Positions 38,485-46,314 of a DNA stretch of 46,314 nucleotides are shown in pieces. The notes beneath the pieces are model-generated. The model did not search any database and was not told the DNA's origin. It was given only the letters and a program-made list of their open reading frames with translations. Location: positions 128,591 to 174,904 of the forward strand of contig PS015186.1 of NCBI GenBank assembly GCA_048213135.1, in the 5' to 3' direction. The position numbers and the translations under genes are program-made. Each line of letters opens with the position of its first letter. The stretch's first letter is position 1. This DNA is from Reclinomonas americana ATCC 50394. Lineage: Eukaryota.

Positions 38485-38547
<63 letters not shown>

Positions 38548-39227
38548 ACTACGTAACGTACGTACGTACGTACGTACGAACGAACGTAACGAACGGAACG
38601 AACGGTAACGAACGAACGAACGAACGACGAACGACGACGACGACGACGAGAGAGAGNNNNNNNNNNNNNNNNNNNNNNNNNNNNNNNNNNNNNNNNNNNN
38701 NNNNNNNNNNNNNNNNNNNNNNNNNNNNNNNNNNNNNNNNNNNNNNNNNNNNNNNNNNNNNNNNNNNNNNNNNNNNNNNNNNNNNNNNNNNNNNNNNNNN
38801 NNNNNNNNNNNNNNNNNNNNNNNNNNNNNNNNNNNNNNNNNNNNNNNNNNNNNNNNNNNNNNNNNNNNNNNNNNNNNNNNNNNNNNNNNNNNNNNNNNNN
38901 NNNNNNNNNNNNNNNNNNNNNNNNNNNNNNNNNNNNNNNNNNNNNNNNNNNNNNNNNNNNNNNNNNNNNNNNNNNNNNNNNNNNNNNNNNNNNNNNNNNN
39001 NNNNNNNNNNNNNNNNNNNNNNNNNNNNNNNNNNNNNNNNNNNNNNNNNNNNNNNNNNNNNNNNNNNNNNNNNNNNNNNNNNNNNNNNNNNNNNNNNNNN
39101 NNNNNNNNNNNNNNNNNNNNNNNNNNTTAGTTACGTCGTCGTCCTCCACCACACCTACCTTACCTACTACGTACGGAACCGAACAACTAACGACGACGAA
39201 CGAAACGGAAAAGGGAAACGGACGTAG

Positions 39228-39277
<50 letters not shown>

Positions 39278-39470
39278 CTCTCACACATACACCTCATTAA
39301 CCGATGCTCTCTCAGTCTCGCACACGCAACCAATCTTCGCCAGTGCGCAGCCTCTCTGTGGTGAGGGACACGGCGGATGTGCAGCACTGCAAGTGAGCCT
39401 CACACTGCGGTGATGAATGTGTGAAGAGAGTGTGATCTTTGAGTCCTTCTCCCCCCTGCTCTCTCTCTTC
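33090..39470. repeat. Tandem segmental duplication, unit 1
   Basis: Collinear with ~40020-45670 across the 3' flank, the gene and about 2.5 kb of 5' flank (e.g. 39285-39450 matches 45475-45645). Confidence 0.9.
33242..36804 (-). pseudogene. Copy A of the Asp-box beta-propeller/EGF-repeat secreted protein; frameshifted (probable pseudogene or truncated allele)
   Basis: Same architecture as 40162-43681, with an intron at 34928-34988. About 20 nt (the SDGTKL segment) is missing at ~34249, giving a frameshift and a stop at 34182-34184. There is also an extra 71 nt at 36481-36551 relative to copy B. Confidence 0.7.
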
Positions 39471-39644
39471 CCTCCCAGTCGCACACCTTCTCATCTTCCG
39501 CACTCGCCAATCCCCGACGATAGAGGCGAGCATTGCGCCTCGCAGGTGCAACTACATAACCTCTCAGGCCTCCACCTGACCAGCAGATACACGAGAGTGG
39601 GATAGGAAGGCCAAGGCCTCTTTGGTTTGCACCTCGGCGCTCGC

Positions 39645-39682
<38 letters not shown>

Positions 39683-40019
39683 AACAAGATTAGAGAGCTC
39701 GACGTTGATGTCGAGGTCGGCTGCACTGCGCCAAGAACTACTTTTGCCTTCTCCGACAGCATCATCATGGTTGCACGGTGGTGACAAGCACTTTGGCAGA
39801 GTCCTGCAATGCGATTACTATCGACGTCAAACTTCGCAATGAGATGACTTCCTTGGCGGTGCTGTGCAGCCGCACCTTGCTTGCTCCACGCCGCGAGGCT
39901 GTCAGCTTTGCACAAGAGTTTGGTCAGCGTGCGCAGGTCCTGTGGAGTGCAAATGCCTGGTCGAGAGTCGCATGTGCTCGATCATGTACATTATGCAGTC
40001 CACAGCAAGTAATGTCGCG

Positions 40020-43000
40020 CAGAGAGAGGGAGAGAGGGAGAGAGAGAAAGAAAGAGAGCACACATGCGCAGACGGTCGATGAAGCACGAAGAGAAAAAGG
40101 AGAGAAAAAACAGCGCGAGATCCAAACACAAACGCCTGCGCGTTCTCTCGCCGCAAGAAGATCAACACGAAAACAGATACAGCTTATCTGCAGTAGCCGC
40201 GACCTTGGTGCCGTCACTGTTGGAGGCCACCGAATTCCAGTTGCGATTAGAATCGCGAGCCGTCCACGTCACGCCAGAGTCCGTGGAGGCGTAGATCTGA
40301 CCACCGTTGATCACCGCCACCAGCTTGATGCCGTCACCACTGGATGTCACGACCGACCAGCCGCGATTCGAGTCACGAGCTGTCCAAGTCACGCCAGAAT
40401 CGGTGGAGGTGTATAGCTGACCAGAGAACACTGCTGCCACCAGTTTGGTGCCGTCACTGCTGGAGGCCACTGAGTACCAGTTACGAGAGGAATCGCGAGC
40501 AGTCCACGTCGCGCCAGAGTCAGTGGAGGTGTAGGCCTTTCCACCCTGAACAACAGCCGCCAAGTTAACGCCGTCGCTGCTGGAGGCCACCGACACCCAC
40601 CCACGACTGGAATCACGGGCAGTCCACGTCACGCCAGAGTCAGTGGAGGTGTAGATCAGACCATTGTTCACCGCAGCCACGAGCTTGGTGCCGTCTCCGC
40701 TGGAGGCCACTGACCACCAATTGCGATTGGAGTTGCGAGCCGTCCACGTCACGCCCGAGTCAGCCGAGGTGTAGATCTGACCGTTGGTCACCGCAGCCAC
40801 CAACTTTGAACCGTCACTGTTGGAGGCCACTGATTTCCACTGACGACCGATATCACGAGCCACCCAAGTCACGCCAAAGTCAGTAGTCGTGAACATCTGG
40901 CCACTGACCACAGCCAGTAGCTTCGACCCGTCACTGTTGGAGGTCACTAGCTGCCAGTTTGCGGTCGCCTGCACTCCCTGGGACACTCCTGTCCACGTCA
41001 CACCAGAGTCAGCGGAGGTGTAGATCTGATCTATAGCCGCCACAGCCACCAACTTGGTGCCGTCACTGCTGGAGGCCACCCTACGCCATCCACGATTGGA
41101 ATCACGAGGAGACCACGTCACACCAGAGTCCGTGGAGGTATATACCTGGCCTCCAGTCACAACAGCCACCAACTTGGTGCCGTCACTGCTGGAGGTCACG
41201 GAGTACCAGTTGCGATTGGAATCATGGGCGGTCCACGTCACGCCAGAGTCGGTGGAGGTGTAGATCTGGCCACCCAAAACACCAGCCACCAGCTTGGTGC
41301 CGTCGCTGCTGGAGGCCACACACTCCCAGCTTCGAGTGGAATCACGAGGTGTCCACGTAACACCAGAGTCGGCAGAGGTGTAGATCTTCTCGGTACCTGC
41401 AGCGGCCACCAACTTGGTGCCGTCACTACTCGAGGCAATTGACAGCCAGAGGCGATTGGAATCACGCGCCGTCCACGTCAACCCAGAGTCCGTGGAGGTG
41501 TACAGCTGACCGCCTTGTGCACCTGCCACCAGCTTGGTACCGTCACTGCTGGAGGCCACAGCCCCCCAGCCGCGAACAGACTCCTGAGCCGTCCACGTCA
41601 CGCCAGAGTCGGTGGACGTGAGAATCTGGCTAGGGAACGCCACAGCCACCAGCTTGGTACCGTCACTGCTGGAGCCCACCCCACGCCACGCGCGGTTGTT
41701 TTCGCGAGCTGTCCACGTCGCACCAGAGTCGGTGGAGGTGTAAAGTTTTCCATTGTCCGCTCCAGTCACCAACTTGGTGCCGTCGCTGTTGGAGGCCACC
41801 GGGTACCAACTGGCAGCGAATCCTACAGTAGAATTGCCCGTGCAGCCCGCACTGGCGCACGCGGATCCTGTCCACGATGGCAAGTCAGTATTCACGCTGA
41901 GCAATAATGAAGGACAAGCATCACTCTCACTCACCAGTCCATGGACTTGTGCACTGGCATGTCCCATCTGTCTTGCACGTTCCATTGCGAGAGCAGGTGA
42001 TGCTGGGACTGCAGTTGCAGTTGGCATTGGTATAGTCGCCCGTGCACTGGCACGTTCCATCGGTCTTGCACGTTCCATGGCTGGAGCAGGTGATGCTGGG
42101 ACTGCAGTTGCAGCTGCTATTCGTGTAGTCGCCCGTACACTGGCAAGCGCCGTCAGTCTTGCACGTTCCGTGACCGGAGCATGAGACAGAGGGACTGCAG
42201 TTGCAGCTGGCGTTGACGTAGTCGCCGCTGCACTGGCATGTACCGTCTGGGTTGCAAGTTCCGTGACTGGAGCAGGTGGTGGCCGCCACACAGTTTGAAG
42301 TCACAATACTACTACACCCCGCACCGGTGAAACCAGCACTGCACTGGCATGTACCGTCAGTCTTGCACGTGCCGTTGCCCGAGCACGTCGTTGCCGCCAC
42401 ACAGTTCACATTGCACGACGCCCCGTAATTGTCAGCGTCACACTGGCACGAACCGTCAGTCTTGCACGTTCCGTGACTGGAGCAGGTGACAGACGGACTG
42501 CAGTTGCAATCGCCGTTGGTGTAGTCGCCCGTACACGTGCATGAACCATCGTTGTTCAGCATGCCGTGGCCCGAGCACGGAGCGCACGTGCTGACATCCA
42601 GCGTGTAGATCTGACCCTCGTACACACCCGCCACCACCTTCGTGCCGGAGACGTCGGAGGCTACCGCAAACCAGTTCCGATTCGAGTCGCGCGCCGACCA
42701 CGTCACACCCGAGTCACTCGACGTGTAGATCTTGTCGTGACCGACCACAGCCACCAGCTTCGTACCGTCGCTGCTCGAGGCCACCGATCGCCACAACCGC
42801 GCCGACTCGCGTGCCGTCCACGTCGCACCGGAATCAATGGAGGTGTAGATCTGGCCACCGTGAGTGACGGCCACCAGCTTTGTACCGTCGCTGCTGGAGG
42901 CCACACCGACCCACGGTCGATTGGAGTCGCGTGCCGTCCACGTCGCGCCCGAGTCGGTGGAGGTGTAAATCTGGCCACCGTTCACCGCCGCCACCGACTT

Positions 43001-45442
43001 GGCGCCGTCGCCGCTGGAGGCCACGGCAACCCACTGACGATGAGAGTCCCGCGGCGTCCACGTCGCACCAGAGTCGGTGGACGTGTAGATCGAGTCACCC
43101 ACGGCCGCAGCCACCAGCTTGGTGCCATCGTCACTGGAGGCCACCGCCGACCACGCTTGCACTGTAGCGCGTGGCGTCCACGACGCGCCTGAATCGGTGG
43201 AGGTGTAGATCTGACCGCCACAGTACACGCACGCCACCAGCTTGGTGCCGTCGCTGCTGGAGGCCACGCTGACCCAATACCGGTTCGTGTCGCGCGGCGT
43301 CCACGTTGCGCCCGAGTCGGTGGAGGTGTAGATGCGACCGAACTCGACCACGGCCGCCAGCTTGCTGCCGTCGGCGTTGGAGGCCACCGACCACCAGATG
43401 CGCTTCGACTCGTGGGGAATGGCGGTGCAAGTAGTGAGTTGGTTGCCTGCGATGGCTATCAGTGGCCATGACCAGCCAGGTAAGATTGCGTTCGAAAAGA
43501 CACTGATTGCTTGCTCATCGCCACAAGCAACGCAACTGCCATTGACTTGCGAGACGTGGACGGGGACAGGCACCGAAGCCGCAGTGAGCATGGCCGTGGT
43601 CACCACCAGCACCAGCAGCACCATCATGGCGACTGGCACGCTGGTCCATGACACAGGTATCTTGACTGCCTTCGAGCTCATAGTTGACTGTTTTTTTGCG
43701 CCAGGTGCTGCAGAAACACACGAGCACAAAGCAGGCGAGTGAGAAACAAAAGAAGCGCGCTGAAAACGCGGGAGGGAAACCCGTTGTGCTATCATGCAGA
43801 CGACGCGCGCAGCGTGCGTTCGCGAGAGACATGATACATGTACAACTCAAAAGTTTGTGCCCCCTTCTCGATTGAAATCAGAAGGAGGAAAGAGCAGAGG
43901 GAGGGAAAGAGGGAGAGAGAGAGAGAGAAGGGCCGGGAGAGGGGAAGGGACAGGTGCAAGAACAAGGACAACAAGTAAGAGAACGAGAAGAAAGGGAACA
44001 AGAAGAAGAAGAAGAAGTAGGAGGCGGAAGAGGCAGCGCATGAGCAAGAGTGAGCGTGTCTCTCTGCATGTGCACATACAGCACGTGCGCAGTTGCAAAC
44101 AGCGCGCGAAAGTGGTGGAATGTTGCGTGTGTTCGAGATCGATGAGCAGCGTTGTGTGATATTGTTGTGCTCCTCACCGATAATGCAGAACAGACTCGTG
44201 TGAACTGAGTGGCGAAGAAGAACAGAAGAAATGAGGTGGCAAGCGAGTTGTGAGTGCGCACACGCGAGAGGTGAAGAAATGAAAAGACGAAGCTCACCAA
44301 AAGGCACCCCGCACACGCTCCACCCATCCTTTGACACGGGGTCGCGGCCAGCGACATGAATTAGGACGGCTCTGGTCCACGCAGGCATCACCTCCAGACG
44401 ACGCCACAGTTGCCGATATCGCTGCGAAACAAAATGATGGTTATTTCACACTTCCGAGAAGACCACTGCAACTGCAACGCCCAAAAGCCAGTCCCTCACC
44501 GGGAGCGAAAAAGTAACGGCATGTTGACATCACCCAGGAATGCTCAGTGCTCTGTGGAGCAAACAAGGTGACATGAGACTGCTATCTTGGCGTTCAGATT
44601 CATGCCACTCACACGCCAAAATGTTGATCTTGCACTACGCAGTGGGCGAATCTGCATTCGCCTCCTCGTACCTGTCATGTTAACCTCGAAGCAGAGGTCT
44701 GTGCAGAGACTCATCAGTGAAACAAAAACATCGCATCAATACAACAACTACTGATCACCAAAATATTCAAAAACACAACCCAAGATGACCAAAAAGAACC
44801 CCGTCAACCCTTTTCTTCACACTCACCTTCCTCGAATGACAAAGCACCACACCAGTGTGATGACCAGGAGTCAAAGATCCACATCGCGTGGCAAGGGCAG
44901 CAGAGTGACAGTCCTCAGAAACGCTGAATCTATCATGACTTGGCCAGTGGAAAGCCGGGCATCTCGCTTGTTGCAGGCTGTGAGAGACAGAAGTTGCCTG
45001 CAGCCTTCTCACAAAAAAGCATGGAAACATAAGTTGCAAAGAAGATGAATGCCCAGAACAACCCTATCAACGATGACCGAAAAAGAAACACTCAACTCAC
45101 CTCCCCGAAACAGCAGCTTGGCGTGGTGGCCAGGTGTCATGGGCGTTGTCGCTCAAGAGGCTCGCTGACTGCGACGCTGCGTGTGATGGAAGCGATGCAA
45201 AAGGCGCCAGCAACGGAAGTGAGCCTGTCCGTGTTCAACAGCCACGCCTCCTCGCAAGCGCAGAGCAAGCAGGTCCGGATCCACATCCGGTGATAGTAGA
45301 GCCCGACGACGCTCGGATAATCTGCGCACCACCTTGAGTGACAAAAGCAAGAAGCATGCCGGAGACAGCAGCTTGATAGCTCGAGCTACACACTCATAAC
45401 TTCTCAGTGAAGAACATAACAACAGCAGAACAAACGATGCAT

Positions 45443-45479
<37 letters not shown>

Positions 45480-45670
45480 CTCGTTCACCGATGCTCCCTC
45501 AGTGTCTCACACACGCAACCAATCGTCGCCAGTGCGCAGCCTCTCTGCGTGGTGAGGGACACTGCGGATGTGCAGCGCCAAGAGAGCCTCCATTCATACT
45601 CACACTGCAGTGATGAATGCGAAGAGCGTAATCCTTGAGTCCCTCTCTCACTCTCTCACTCTCTCTCTCT
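40020..45670. repeat. Tandem segmental duplication, unit 2
   Basis: Direct-orientation paralogue of unit 1. The block 43995-44895 is nearly identical to 37080-37985. Confidence 0.9.
40162..43681 (-). CDS. Copy B: secreted protein of ~1120 aa. Signal/anchor + 7 Asp-box (BNR) repeats + 7 EGF-like repeats + 14 Asp-box repeats. Exons 43681-43537, 43446-41935, 41867-40162
   Basis: Hydrophobic N-terminus VAMMVLLVLVVTTAMLTAAS. 40-aa repeats R-x-W-x-x-VASSSDGTKLVA-x4-GQIYTSTDSGVTWT contain the Asp-box SxDxGxTW. Tenascin-like EGF units CSxHGTCKTDGTCQCxGDYTNxxC. Intron GTGAGT..CAG at 41868-41934 restores the frame. The first intron (43447-43536) is inferred. Confidence 0.88.
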
Positions 45671-46136
45671 CTCTCCGTGAACTCACTCTCTCTCTCTCTC
45701 TNNNNNNNNNNNNNNNNNNNNNNNNNNTGATGTCGCGCACGCGCTTGCAAGAATCACATGCATGCAAGTCGCCTCTTGCATCCATTTCAATTTCCGATAT
45801 CGGTATCAATCGTTTTGTCGACCGTTTGCAAGCAAGCGCCACCGGTCAATCCTCGGTCCTGTTCGCCCATCGCGCAGACGCCCCCTTCCTCCTTCACTTT
45901 TCCGCGTTTGCTCATCTGCACACACTTTTTGGCGCCAAATAATTTTACCGGCGAAACGCCACTCCGCCAAAACCGGCAATGATGGTGTGACTCATGCGGA
46001 AAACGCTCACTTGCTCCCCCTTCCGCGACAGAGCACAACCACACGCACAGCTGCTCTTTCACACTTGCACGCAGCAGCAGTGTGCACGTATCATCACTAG
46101 ATCTCCCCTACCTCTCTCTCTACTCGCGCGCGTGAG

Positions 46137-46314
46137 ATGTTGGAGCAGCGAGAGCCATCCCCGCCTCTGCTCCCTCCCCCGCCCTCGCCCAACTGGCGCC
46201 GCCGTGCCTCCTCCCTGCGCATCGTCGCCTCCTCGCCGTCCTCATCTCCACCTTCTGCGTCACCTGTTCCCGTGCAAGCCGATTCACCGCCGCCATGTCG
46301 GATTGCGATGTCGC
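46137..46314 (+). CDS. Possible start of the next gene (Pro/Ser-rich, open to the window end)
   Basis: ATG at 46137 is followed by a GC-rich open frame MLEQREPSPPLLPPPPSPNWRRRASSLR... No recognisable domain. Confidence 0.3.
   Translation, partial: MLEQREPSPPLLPPPPSPNWRRRASSLRIVASSPSSSPPSASPVPVQADSPPPCRIAMS

Noticed and set aside
33242-43400. Constant/variable 120-bp periodicity as a CRISPR array or a diversity-generating retroelement target
   Set aside because: The periodicity is explained by protein blades in frame. No reverse transcriptase or template repeat is present in the window, and the changes are not restricted to adenines.

Overview
Eukaryotic (protist-like), intron- and microsatellite-rich draft scaffold with several N-gaps. 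I built the gene models by hand from GT-AG junctions and reading-frame phase. In order: (1) 3' part of an RNI-like LRR gene (+); (2) a type II membrane glycosyltransferase with a bacterial-style GT2 domain in one uninterrupted exon (-); (3) a ~17 kb SMG1-type PIKK kinase gene (-); (4) a divergent 4-exon gene for a ~199 aa secreted protein of unknown function (+); (5) a gene that appears to fuse a stand-alone dynein stalk/microtubule-binding domain (MTBD) to a CAP-Gly domain and basic tail (-); (6) a ~6-7 kb tandem duplication with two paralogues of a secreted protein: 7-blade Asp-box propeller, 7 EGF repeats, then two more 7-blade propellers. The C-terminal propellers vary strongly at the same loop positions in every blade, and the left copy is frameshifted. 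Best leads: the variable propeller family, the motor-less MTBD/CAP-Gly protein, and a recurrent non-consensus GTTGCG 5' splice site. Family assignments rest on motif recognition, not database searches, and the organism cannot be identified from this window.
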